Virus record (IMG/VR): IMGVR_UViG_3300010885_075474
Span: 5,016 to 69,015 of that record
Length of the DNA stretch: 64,000 nucleotides
From: a virus
Strand: one strand, 5' to 3'
The notes under the pieces were generated by a model. That model did no database searches and was not told where the DNA came from. It worked only from the letters and a program-made list of their open reading frames with translations. Below are positions 1 to 8,657 of the stretch, one piece after another. The translations under genes and the position numbers were made by a program. Each line of letters opens with the position of its first letter. Positions within the stretch are counted from its first letter, which is position 1.

Positions 1-23
1 TATTCCAAATAGTCCTTGTTTTA

Positions 24-55
24 TTTGGCAGCCCTGTAACTGCACTTTACCTTTG
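24..55 (+). promoter_or_regulatory. Bacteroidota sigmaABfr-type promoter with embedded palindromic operator
   Basis: TTTG(24-27)-N20-TACCTTTG(48-55); GCAG-N8-CTGC at 28-43. Confidence 0.8.
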
Positions 56-81
56 TTGTATCATTAATAAATCCAATTAAC

Positions 82-522
82 ATGGATGCAAAACAGTTTG
101 AAAATTATTTGGTCCAACACGACGCCTGTGTCCCAGCATACATTTGGGCTAAAGGAAAAAGTTTGGCCGAAGTATGGGAGCAATGCGAGCTAGGTGATTG
201 GATGCTTTGGCTGCTGCAAGTAGCAGATTGCGAAATCCGGCTATTAACGGCTTACAAAGCCGCATGCGCCGAATTCGCAAGGCCTTATATGAAAGACGCG
301 CGGAGCATTGCCGCGCTGGAAGCGGCGCATGCGTTTGGCCGCGGGGAAATATCTTCAGGCGATTTATCGGGCTCCGCCGCCGATTCCGCTGCCGCCGCCG
401 CTGCCGCTGATGCCGCCGCCTCGGCGGCGGCCCGCTTTCAAATACTCAAAAAATGCGCGAATGCAATTCGCGCAGTCGTTTCCACCGATAAAATTCACGA
501 AATCATAAGCAACAATGGATAA
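82..522 (+). CDS. Hypothetical phage protein with Ala-rich tract
   Basis: First ORF after promoter; WMLWLL motif, poly-Ala segment. Confidence 0.75.
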   Translation: MDAKQFENYLVQHDACVPAYIWAKGKSLAEVWEQCELGDWMLWLLQVADCEIRLLTAYKAACAEFARPYMKDARSIAALEAAHAFGRGEISSGDLSGSAADSAAAAAAADAAASAAARFQILKKCANAIRAVVSTDKIHEIISNNG

Positions 523-712
523 ATTTAAGGAATTCAATGCGAACTGGGTGTGCGAGGTGTACTTTCAAAAAGGTTATGACGGCAAGCCGCATTACATGTT
601 CATGGACCGTGACCGAATGATCACGATTTTCAAAAAAGCAATCAACCATTATTCTATATCCACCATCACCGCCAATAAGGTGAAAAAAGTGCTGGAAGAA
701 TGGAAAGCATGA
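515..712 (+). CDS. Hypothetical protein
   Basis: Overlaps both neighbours in operon. Confidence 0.65.
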   Translation: MDKFKEFNANWVCEVYFQKGYDGKPHYMFMDRDRMITIFKKAINHYSISTITANKVKKVLEEWKA

Positions 713-1056
713 TCTGGTTTGTTTATTCCGGCCAGTTGTACTCGGCCATCAAGACCCAGATGGATCTATCCGAAATTCAATTGCGCCTGCTGTTCGCAGT
801 GCATTATATGCACGAGCCAGCAACAGCGAATCGTATCACGCTAATGGTAAGCACCAGCAAGAACCAAGGCGAGAAACGCGCAATGGTGCGCGACGTGCTG
901 TCATCATTGCTTCAGCAAGGATTGCTCGCCACGGCAGATGGCCAGGGTACGGCATTGATTTATTTTGTCACGCCAAAGGGATTCGAAGCGATTGCTGAAG
1001 TTGCCCGGATCTGCCAAAGCACAATTCCGTTAATGTATCAAAAATTTTCAACATGA
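709..1056 (+). CDS. Winged-helix (MarR-like) DNA-binding protein
   Basis: LSSLLQQGLL...YFVTPKG winged-helix signature; ATGA overlap at 709. Confidence 0.55.
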   Translation: MIWFVYSGQLYSAIKTQMDLSEIQLRLLFAVHYMHEPATANRITLMVSTSKNQGEKRAMVRDVLSSLLQQGLLATADGQGTALIYFVTPKGFEAIAEVARICQSTIPLMYQKFST

Positions 1057-1394
1057 CAGACCTGGAACTATTAGATAAATATTGCGACACATGTGCCGAA
1101 TTTATCCAGCCGTTAATTTTCAGAGAGGTTCAGAGCAGAGGACTATTGAGGATCGTAGATCACTTGGGAACCAAGGATCCTAAAATGATGAAATCGCTGG
1201 TGAGAGGTCGGTTAGCAAGAATGGGGCGCTACATTGGTGATCCGGAGATTGAGCATATTGCTTCGATTGTGGATCGCCTGGAATATCTGCGCAATCAGTT
1301 GAACGCAATCAGCATGACCGATGCAGTGAAAGTAAATGCGCTGGCCGATGAAATGAATCAACTATCTTCCAACCTTTTAAATTGGTACAAATGA
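1053..1394 (+). CDS. Hypothetical protein
   Basis: ATGA-coupled ORF. Confidence 0.7.
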   Translation: MTDLELLDKYCDTCAEFIQPLIFREVQSRGLLRIVDHLGTKDPKMMKSLVRGRLARMGRYIGDPEIEHIASIVDRLEYLRNQLNAISMTDAVKVNALADEMNQLSSNLLNWYK

Positions 1395-1594
1395 CCAGAC
1401 TTGACATCCTGATTGAAGTGACAGCAGAACTTGATCGCTTCAAAGAAAGACTTCAAACCGCAACGGCTGAAGAAAAGCAGAAGCGACAATATTCAAGCAA
1501 AAAATACGCAGCGGCCAAACGCGCCGCATTCGACCTGAAAAACGTACTCACAAAACTCACTCAAGACACAAAATACCTATATGGAAACAAATGA
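1391..1594 (+). CDS. Hypothetical coiled-coil protein
   Basis: ATGA-coupled ORF. Confidence 0.65.
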   Translation: MTRLDILIEVTAELDRFKERLQTATAEEKQKRQYSSKKYAAAKRAAFDLKNVLTKLTQDTKYLYGNK

Positions 1595-2237
1595 TTTGAT
1601 CAATCTTTTAACAGAAGAAATTGGGTCTGCAATTGAAAACGGTTTAAGCGAAGATTCTGCTATCTTGAGATATCAAGGGGGCGTTTTGCTCACTGTAAAG
1701 CAAGCAAGACAAATTTTGAATTGCTTAAATGGCGATACCGCTAAGGCCATCCCAGTTGCTGAATTGCCGCAGCAAGTTCCAAATCCAGAACCCCCAGTTG
1801 TTTCTTTGCCCCATGCACCGCAATCCAAAACGGTTTTAGAGTGGCTTCATATGCTGCCAGAACCGTATCGTAGCAGAGCCATTGCAAATGCCAATGAAAA
1901 TAATGCTGAACTCAAAAGATTCACTTTGCAATATGCCATCCAAACCGCATTTGTTTGGGAAAACAGCCCTGAAGGCCACGATTATTGGAGTGAGGTGTGC
2001 GATATGGCTGAAAATGCAGGTTTTGATACGTCAAATATCCCTTGGCCAGATAAGGCTGCTTGGGGAAATGCGCCTGAATGGGTATTTGCCCGCGCGGTTG
2101 ATAGTAATGGATGTTGCTATTTTTATGGCGTCTTTAATGTGGGTAATGGATATATGGCTGATGACTTGCCTTGTGGTAAAATTACCGACATGACCGGCAT
2201 TGATTGGGAAAAATCTTTGGAATTTAAACCGCAATAA
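1581..2237 (+). CDS. Modular hypothetical protein with C-terminal 'APEW' phage domain
   Basis: AFVWENSPEGHDYW module; WGNAPEW...AVDSNG..YFY...DWEKSLE module. Confidence 0.75.
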   Translation: METNDLINLLTEEIGSAIENGLSEDSAILRYQGGVLLTVKQARQILNCLNGDTAKAIPVAELPQQVPNPEPPVVSLPHAPQSKTVLEWLHMLPEPYRSRAIANANENNAELKRFTLQYAIQTAFVWENSPEGHDYWSEVCDMAENAGFDTSNIPWPDKAAWGNAPEWVFARAVDSNGCCYFYGVFNVGNGYMADDLPCGKITDMTGIDWEKSLEFKPQ

Positions 2238-2238
2238 A

Positions 2239-2406
2239 ATGGAAGGCTGGACCAATCCTACCCTGCAATGCGTGAAAGGACAATGGCGCATCTATTCCGA
2301 CAGCGGGAAAGTATTTGTTCCCATCCAGGATGCCGTTCAGGAATTAATTGATGCCTGCCCTGGCGCCCAGGAGCAGCGCGATAACTGGAATAACGAACCG
2401 TTTTAA
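2239..2406 (+). CDS. Small hypothetical protein ending NNEPF
   Basis: ATG directly after upstream stop. Confidence 0.55.
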   Translation: MEGWTNPTLQCVKGQWRIYSDSGKVFVPIQDAVQELIDACPGAQEQRDNWNNEPF

Positions 2407-2408
2407 AT

Positions 2409-2711
2409 ATGGCAAACCAAGTTAGAGAACTAATGCTGGACATAGCAGCCTCTTTGTTTATATCTCCATGTAGCGAAGCCGATCTCTTGGAAAGAGATTT
2501 TCTTAAAAATCGCAATAAAGGAGGTATCCAAAGATTGATAATGATGCTTGAAAAAGAAGCAATTTACTACAAAGGAGAAATAATGCACATCAAATTGAAA
2601 TGGGCAAAAAAAAACCTGCGTGAGTACGAACTTGATTTAAGAAGCGAAAAGGAAAAGGAATTGGACGGATTGACAGATTTTGCAAAACAAGTATTAAAAC
2701 TAAAATTTTAA
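2409..2711 (+). CDS. Hypothetical protein
   Basis: Tightly packed ORF. Confidence 0.65.
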   Translation: MANQVRELMLDIAASLFISPCSEADLLERDFLKNRNKGGIQRLIMMLEKEAIYYKGEIMHIKLKWAKKNLREYELDLRSEKEKELDGLTDFAKQVLKLKF

Positions 2712-2713
2712 CC

Positions 2714-3220
2714 ATGCCACCAATGATATTCAAAACGCTTACATACAGTGGCCAATATATTGATTTTGGAGGTCTTAAATCGGGCATTTATCTCAATAAT
2801 TGGCCCTGGCTTTTTTCGCCTATTATTGAAATTGACCAGATAAAGCATAGGTTTTTGCTTCTTGGAGAATCAAATATGAGCGAATCACGAGCCGCTCAAT
2901 ATGAATTTTACGTGTGGAATCTGATGAAATGCCAACTCATCACGCTGGAAATGCAGTTTGTTGAAGGCAAAGATGGTACGCACAAAGTTGTAATGCACGA
3001 TGGCAAATTTGTTGACTTTTATTATTTGGCCAAAGAAATCAAATATTGCAAAGTTCCGCGCGTATGGCCAGCGGATCATAGTATTTTGAAATTGATTGAA
3101 ATATACGACATAATGGATGATCGCATTCCTATTCCAAATGGCGTACCAGGCTTAGCGCAGCAAAATCTAAAGGATTGCGAGATGAAACCGATCAAATTCA
3201 AAATTTTGGACCATGATTGA
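2714..3220 (+). CDS. Hypothetical protein
   Basis: Packed ORF; weak internal two-fold repeat (NLMKCQL / NLKDCEM). Confidence 0.65.
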   Translation: MPPMIFKTLTYSGQYIDFGGLKSGIYLNNWPWLFSPIIEIDQIKHRFLLLGESNMSESRAAQYEFYVWNLMKCQLITLEMQFVEGKDGTHKVVMHDGKFVDFYYLAKEIKYCKVPRVWPADHSILKLIEIYDIMDDRIPIPNGVPGLAQQNLKDCEMKPIKFKILDHD

Positions 3221-3521
3221 TACAGTAGAAATCACGCTTTCTTATGGCAAAAGCAAAGGAGGCGAAACATACGCCTATATTCGTCCTAAGTTCGCGTGCG
3301 ATAATAAATCATATCGCGTGAAATATGGGCAAGGAGATGTTTTAAAGTGTATTCGCGTGCATTTCAATGACGTAATAAAAAACCTCACTGAAATGCACAC
3401 CATCGGCGCCAAAGACGAAAAATCGGCGCTAAAGGAATATTGGCGCATTTGCGAAAAATCCAAGATCCGGCAAAAATTTGAAGTAACCAAAATTGATAAT
3501 TGGCGAAAGCCGCAACTTTAA
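3213..3521 (+). CDS. Hypothetical protein
   Basis: Overlapping operon ORF. Confidence 0.65.
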   Translation: MIDTVEITLSYGKSKGGETYAYIRPKFACDNKSYRVKYGQGDVLKCIRVHFNDVIKNLTEMHTIGAKDEKSALKEYWRICEKSKIRQKFEVTKIDNWRKPQL

Positions 3522-3527
3522 AAAACA

Positions 3528-3803
3528 ATGGAATACAAACAATCATCGCTGCTTCGCACAACGGCAGGCGACATCCGTCAATCACCCGCTTTTGTAGCAA
3601 GCGACGACGACGCAGTTACCGCTGCATTGGAGCTCATGAATCAAATTACAGACGAAAGCCAGCAAAACCTGTATATCCAAAATTTCATTCAAGCCATCGT
3701 ACGGACGCGACAGGCAAAGGTGCAAAAATTGGAGGAGGAAACGTTTTCGTTGATTGATCAAATGAAAAACCTTCGCGAAATTTTAACTAATTTCACTAAA
3801 TAA
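3528..3803 (+). CDS. Hypothetical coiled-coil protein
   Basis: A-rich initiation region, operon position. Confidence 0.65.
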   Translation: MEYKQSSLLRTTAGDIRQSPAFVASDDDAVTAALELMNQITDESQQNLYIQNFIQAIVRTRQAKVQKLEEETFSLIDQMKNLREILTNFTK

Positions 3804-3820
3804 TAGTAAACAATTCATTT

Positions 3821-3860
3821 GCCGGGCGCCATGCAATGCGTGTAACGCCCGGCATTTTTT
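3821..3860 (+). terminator. Intrinsic terminator
   Basis: GCCGGGCG...CGCCCGGC stem followed by ATTTTTT. Confidence 0.6.
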
Positions 3861-3867
3861 AATCAAC

Positions 3868-4086
3868 ATGACAGACAAAGAACTTATCGAAACCGCAAAA
3901 CAGGCAATGAAAGACCTTTGGGAACTTAACCAGGGCAGATTGCTTGAGCATGAGCAAACAGCGTATAATTGTTTGCGCCTTTTTTGTGAGCGATTAGAAC
4001 AAATTGAAAAATCGCATGAAATAACGGATAAGGAATACAAAAACCTTATGAAACAACTTTATCCAGAACCAAGGCGCAAAAAATGA
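3868..4086 (+). CDS. Hypothetical protein
   Basis: ORF in + strand cluster. Confidence 0.65.
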   Translation: MTDKELIETAKQAMKDLWELNQGRLLEHEQTAYNCLRLFCERLEQIEKSHEITDKEYKNLMKQLYPEPRRKK

Positions 4087-4325
4087 GCAAAACAATGGAA
4101 ACACCTGATTGGGGCAACGCGCCTGAATGGGCAAAATTCACCGCCATGGATATTAGCGATAAAGTGAATAAATTGCTTTTATGGTGCCAACCTATTTGTA
4201 CATCTTGCGAAAAGCATTTTGCTAATATGCCTCATAGTTGCCCAATGCAAGAAGAACTTTATGATGACGACAGTGTTTGCGATTGTTGCGACAATTGTAC
4301 GGGCGAATGCCGTGATTCAATCTAA
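4083..4325 (+). CDS. Cys-rich protein with truncated N-terminal APEW motif
   Basis: PDWGNAPEWAKFTAMD followed by CxxC and CDCCDNC. Confidence 0.6.
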   Translation: MSKTMETPDWGNAPEWAKFTAMDISDKVNKLLLWCQPICTSCEKHFANMPHSCPMQEELYDDDSVCDCCDNCTGECRDSI

Positions 4326-4337
4326 AAAATCAAACCA

Positions 4338-4850
4338 ATGAGAACTCTTAAAATAATTTGCGATTGCTGCCAAAAAGAAATTGAAGCGGAATCCGCATTC
4401 CCATTAGAACATTTTATGCACGTTTCCCCCAATTTTAATCGCATGAAAGGACATGGGAAACTAATTGATGGCGCCATGTATGCAACTTCTGGTAGAAAGG
4501 AGTCAAGGGATTTTTGCCTCCCATGCTATAACCGATTATTCGCTGCATTTTTTGATGCCATGGCTACTATTCAGAAAGAAACTGCCGCAGAAACGCCCCC
4601 GCCAGTTCAACCCGAGCCTAACTCATCGCGTCAGGTGCTTCGCGCCTTGTTGTCAAGGCTTAACGACGAAGACTCAATCACTATGGAACGTTCTTCTTTG
4701 ATAGGTTACCTTTTTGATGCCCAATCATGGCCATCAAAAAGGCCGTATCAAGTTATGGGAATTATTAACGATTGGGCAAATCGGAATAATCTTGTAATCT
4801 CGCAAGTTTTTGGCAATCCCAAAGACGTGATAATGATAAAGCGCAAATGA
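4338..4850 (+). CDS. Zinc-ribbon-containing hypothetical protein
   Basis: CDCC...DFCLPC. Confidence 0.65.
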   Translation: MRTLKIICDCCQKEIEAESAFPLEHFMHVSPNFNRMKGHGKLIDGAMYATSGRKESRDFCLPCYNRLFAAFFDAMATIQKETAAETPPPVQPEPNSSRQVLRALLSRLNDEDSITMERSSLIGYLFDAQSWPSKRPYQVMGIINDWANRNNLVISQVFGNPKDVIMIKRK

Positions 4851-4873
4851 AAACCATAAACATCCCAGTTTGA

Positions 4874-5128
4874 GTGATGCAAAAAGAAGTAAAAAGGCTT
4901 TTAGATGCCGCGATTAGATTAGAAGGCAAAATGAAGGCAACGTGTGGTGCAATAGCAGAAATTTTGCAGCCATATTTTGTGAATGAAATAAGCGTAGACT
5001 ATCAGCCGGGCGATGGGTTTTGTGTTATTTGGGAAGATGGTCAATATAAAGCGCCCAATAACGTGCCAGTTAGGGAGGTTTTAGAAAACATCAAAAAGGA
5101 TGAAACCTTCTATCTTTTTAACCAATAA
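4874..5128 (+). CDS. Hypothetical protein
   Basis: ORF in cluster. Confidence 0.6.
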   Translation: MMQKEVKRLLDAAIRLEGKMKATCGAIAEILQPYFVNEISVDYQPGDGFCVIWEDGQYKAPNNVPVREVLENIKKDETFYLFNQ

Positions 5129-5133
5129 ACCCA

Positions 5134-5355
5134 ATGAGCAGAATAATTCATATTCCAGACGGCACACTCAGTCTATCCGAAAGCAGAGCGACTTGCCCGC
5201 ATTGCAAATCTCACATTTCATTTGAGCATATTGAAAAACGATTTTGGAAACAAAGCAAAACGTTTATTCGTGTGAAATGTACATGTGGCAAGTACGTGGG
5301 CATAACGCAGGATTACCGGAGCGATTTTGTTGCTTTTGAACTTAAAAAACTATGA
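5134..5355 (+). CDS. Small zinc-finger protein
   Basis: CPHC...CTCG. Confidence 0.65.
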   Translation: MSRIIHIPDGTLSLSESRATCPHCKSHISFEHIEKRFWKQSKTFIRVKCTCGKYVGITQDYRSDFVAFELKKL

Positions 5356-6125
5356 AACGATTTATTGCATTTTCAGGAGGCGTTGAAAGTACAGCAATGT
5401 GTTTGCTATATGGGAAAGGCGCTACTGCTGTATTTACGGATACTGGCAGCGAACATGCCGAAATGTATAAACGTATTGATAAGGTAGAAAAGGCGCTGAT
5501 TGATTTTCATAGCGGCGACTTTAGTCTTATCCGACTTCGTGCCAGCGTGACAGCAAAAGGCGAGAAAGTAGACAGCCTTACCGCCTATGTAAACAGGATG
5601 CAATTTTTCCCGTCTGGAGCTGACCGTTTTTGTACTTCAAGATTCAAGATTCAACCTCTTGATCTATTTTTGAAAAGTATAGGAGAATGCGAATTGCTTA
5701 TTGGGTTAAATGCTGATGAAACAGATAGAGAGGGGAATCACGGACTTGTATCTCATGTAAATTATCGTTATCCCTTGCAGGAGAACGGATATACGCGCCA
5801 AGATTGCGTAGATCTTCTTGAAAAGCATGACCTGAAGCCGGATTTCCCTGCCTATATGCGGCGCGGAGGCTGCATATTTTGCCCTTTTAAGTCAAAAAAA
5901 GAGTATGCGGCAATGGTGCATCTTGTACCTGAAGAAATTGATTTAGTTCGGAAATTGGAAGAAAACGCACAAGACAAACGAGGCAAATATTATCGCATTC
6001 GTAGCAACATGCCAGCGATGCGAGAATTTATTGACCTTGAAAAAAACAATCTATTTGGAGATCTTGCACCGTATTACGATGCGAGCGAAGAACAATACTC
6101 CTGTGGTGTTTTTTGCCACCGCTAA
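5352..6125 (+). CDS. PAPS reductase / PP-loop adenine-nucleotide alpha-hydrolase family protein
   Basis: FSGGVES PP-loop, FTDTGSEH, RFCTSRFK..P, IG...DE..R, RGGCIFCPF, terminal SCGVFC. Confidence 0.85.
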   Translation: MKRFIAFSGGVESTAMCLLYGKGATAVFTDTGSEHAEMYKRIDKVEKALIDFHSGDFSLIRLRASVTAKGEKVDSLTAYVNRMQFFPSGADRFCTSRFKIQPLDLFLKSIGECELLIGLNADETDREGNHGLVSHVNYRYPLQENGYTRQDCVDLLEKHDLKPDFPAYMRRGGCIFCPFKSKKEYAAMVHLVPEEIDLVRKLEENAQDKRGKYYRIRSNMPAMREFIDLEKNNLFGDLAPYYDASEEQYSCGVFCHR

Positions 6126-6136
6126 AATAATGATTT

Positions 6137-6361
6137 ATGAAAAAGAAATTTTTGCAAGAAATTGACATCGAACTTGGAATGCGCCGCAAGGTGTGGGAAA
6201 AAATTTATGGCCAATCGGATAAATTCGTCAAGATTGCGCACCAAGAACGATACGACACTCTACTCGCCATGCGAAAACTCATTGAAGGTATGACGGATGC
6301 CGAAATAATTGCAAAAATGAACGGCACCAAGCCAGACGACGGCCAAAAATCATTGTTTTAA
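6137..6361 (+). CDS. Hypothetical protein
   Basis: ELGMRRKVW motif; last gene before convergence. Confidence 0.7.
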   Translation: MKKKFLQEIDIELGMRRKVWEKIYGQSDKFVKIAHQERYDTLLAMRKLIEGMTDAEIIAKMNGTKPDDGQKSLF

Positions 6362-6368
6362 AACTGCT

Positions 6369-6845
6369 TCATTCTTGGCTATAAACGTCGGGATGAAGCA
6401 GTTTTTTTAGTTTATGCACCACGTCATATTTAAACAACTGATCTGGTGTAATTCGATATAAAGTGATGCCATATTCGGCCAGCGCATTATACTTCTCCAT
6501 GTCCTTCAGGAAGCCTTCCGGACGCAAGTGGCGCCCCCGAATGTAAACGCCACCTTCTACCTCCAAAGCGATTTTTATGGTCTTAGGATACCCGTCAACC
6601 ACGCAAGAGCGCTCAAAGTAATAGTCAATCCGCCATTTCCGCTTTTTGTCTTTTGCAAATTGGTATTCAGGCACCGGTTTGGGAACGCCAACGCGCTCGC
6701 AATGATTTTGGAAACTAACATGCGTTTGTGCCGCCTTGGCTTTCGCCTGCTGCTGGCGTTCTTTGCGCCAGGCTATTTGCGGATTGGTTGGCTTAATTTT
6801 CTCCTCGCTCGCCGTTTCCTTTTTAAACCGCTTCTTGTCGGCCAT
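6369..6845 (-). CDS. PD-(D/E)XK endonuclease (very-short-patch/Holliday-junction-resolvase-like phage nuclease)
   Basis: EYQF...RKWRIDY...ALEVEGG...GRH...DMEKYN. Confidence 0.8.
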   Translation of the reverse strand: MADKKRFKKETASEEKIKPTNPQIAWRKERQQQAKAKAAQTHVSFQNHCERVGVPKPVPEYQFAKDKKRKWRIDYYFERSCVVDGYPKTIKIALEVEGGVYIRGRHLRPEGFLKDMEKYNALAEYGITLYRITPDQLFKYDVVHKLKKLLHPDVYSQE

Positions 6846-7272
6846 TGACTTCCGCTTTTTGGATACTTGTAACCATTTCATTTGCTATAAATTTTATCAG
6901 CTGGTAACAGCCAATATTTGAATAGAATGTTTTTCTCATTTTCGCATCCTCGTTGATGCTGTACTGAAGCGTTAACTCGTCAATTATTTTACCCCAAGCA
7001 ACCATGCTATCCCAAAACTCATCGGTTAACAGGTTGCGCATTTCTTCATTCAACCATTCCATACTTGGCGCCTTCTCCAGGCAGATATAGACGGTCGCAA
7101 TGGCCGATGCTGTTTCGCACATCGCATTCAGAAAATCAAACCGGCCAACTTTGGCCGCATGTTCGACCTGGCCGCGCATTTTTTCGATGATCGGCTTCAC
7201 GTCATCCAGGTCGTTTTTGAATGAAACGACTTGGAAAACCACATGACTATCTTTGGCGATTGGTGTAATCAT
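6823..7272 (-). CDS. Hypothetical protein
   Basis: ATGA-coupled to recombinase gene. Confidence 0.65.
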   Translation of the reverse strand: MITPIAKDSHVVFQVVSFKNDLDDVKPIIEKMRGQVEHAAKVGRFDFLNAMCETASAIATVYICLEKAPSMEWLNEEMRNLLTDEFWDSMVAWGKIIDELTLQYSINEDAKMRKTFYSNIGCYQLIKFIANEMVTSIQKAEVNGRQEAV

Positions 7273-7859
7273 AGGGATTTATAAAAATTTCCAATAGCTA
7301 ACCGATCAAGACCGATGTAGCGCATTGTGATGTTCACGCTTGAATGGTTTAATAACTTCTGCACCATCAATAGTGCATCCGTGGTGCGGCCCCAAGTAGC
7401 GTAGGCGTGGGCTCCAAACGACTTCCGGAATGTGTGGGTAGTCACGTCGGACGGCAAGCCTAATCGCTTCGCATTCTGCTTGAAAATGAAATTGGCGCCG
7501 CCCGTGGTAATGCCCTTGGTTTTATCCTTCACTGATGGCAGTAATGGCGTGTCCAGATATTGGATCCGAAGCCCGGCAAAGCATTGGAGCAATATTTCGG
7601 CAAAATTTTCGCCAATATAAATGCGCCGCGACTTGCTGGTTTTTTGCTCCTCGAATTCCACATATTCCCGGACAACCGGAGTCCTGCCGTCGCGCTTGAT
7701 AAAATGCTTCCATCTGCATTTCTGCCAATCAGAGCAGCGCAGGCCCGTAAATGACGATACGGCCACCATAAGCAGCAGCCGATAGTCTTTTTCTGATTGC
7801 AATTGCTGGATCACCCTGGATATTTCAGGCCAAGGCATCACCGGCGCTTCTTTGTTCAT
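7269..7859 (-). CDS. Tyrosine recombinase, catalytic domain only
   Basis: TGLRCSD, EQKT, HTFRKSF, LNHSS, TMRYIG (R-K-H-R-H-Y set). Confidence 0.92.
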   Translation of the reverse strand: MNKEAPVMPWPEISRVIQQLQSEKDYRLLLMVAVSSFTGLRCSDWQKCRWKHFIKRDGRTPVVREYVEFEEQKTSKSRRIYIGENFAEILLQCFAGLRIQYLDTPLLPSVKDKTKGITTGGANFIFKQNAKRLGLPSDVTTHTFRKSFGAHAYATWGRTTDALLMVQKLLNHSSVNITMRYIGLDRLAIGNFYKSL

Positions 7860-7860
7860 G

Positions 7861-8442
7861 CTATATTTTTTTGAAAACTAATTGAATTATTTCTGGATTT
7901 TCGGTCCATGAATCCTTTCCATGAAGCAATTCCCATTCGTCGGCATATGCTTCGAGCGGAGATCGCCGCCAATTGCCCTCAAACGTGCCAGGAAGCCCGT
8001 AGCGACCACTTTCTTCAACATAGCCCTCTTGCATCACATCCTCGTCTGTAATGTCATTCAGGCGCTTTAAAATCACATCCTCAATAAGAATCGTTGTGCG
8101 ACTCAAATTATTGGGCATGAAAAATGGATTTTTGTTGTACAACTTTGGAGTGAATGGATCGGCAAGGTCCACGGAATGGAAACCCTGGCGATCCCAATCG
8201 TATTTGTACACGCCACCGGTCGCCACAAACTCCCAGGCCAATTGCCGGTTTTTGAGGCGATCATGCTTTGGCCGCTTGTAATAGCCCATCTGGCAATAGC
8301 GCTCCCTCACTGGCAGGATCATGCCTGGTGTAAGTTTCTCGGAATTACGCGCCTTGTGGACCAGCCTGCATGTGGATGTCTGAAACCCCTGATGCACCAA
8401 CTCGGCGTTGATGGGGTTGAATATTATTGCGTGGTTCGGCAT
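7861..8442 (-). CDS. ASCH/PUA-like phage protein
   Basis: GMILPVRE...PFFMP...RLNDITDEDVMQEG...W..NP. Confidence 0.7.
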   Translation of the reverse strand: MPNHAIIFNPINAELVHQGFQTSTCRLVHKARNSEKLTPGMILPVRERYCQMGYYKRPKHDRLKNRQLAWEFVATGGVYKYDWDRQGFHSVDLADPFTPKLYNKNPFFMPNNLSRTTILIEDVILKRLNDITDEDVMQEGYVEESGRYGLPGTFEGNWRRSPLEAYADEWELLHGKDSWTENPEIIQLVFKKI

Positions 8443-8444
8443 GG

Positions 8445-8639
8445 CTATTCCTCGTTCATTTGCTCAATAGCATCCAGCGCAAGCCAAAAGGCCAGCGCAA
8501 TTGCAGATGCACCACCGACCACGCCGCCCCAGCGCGTAGTTTGGTCAAAGTTTTGCGCGGGATCCAGCGCGTAATTGATAATACCCCATCCTGCCAATGC
8601 CAGGATAAATGATAAAATTAATTTTGAAAATCCTTTCAT
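8445..8639 (-). CDS. Small two-TM membrane protein
   Basis: Two hydrophobic helices. Confidence 0.6.
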   Translation of the reverse strand: MKGFSKLILSFILALAGWGIINYALDPAQNFDQTTRWGGVVGGASAIALAFWLALDAIEQMNEE

Positions 8640-8657
8640 TTTTATTGATTTTAAATG

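Noticed and set aside
370-435. GCC-rich repeat
   Set aside because: It simply encodes the poly-Ala tract of the first gene.
2606-2614. A9 run as another slippage site
   Set aside because: The -1 frame stops after a few codons, giving no meaningful alternative product.
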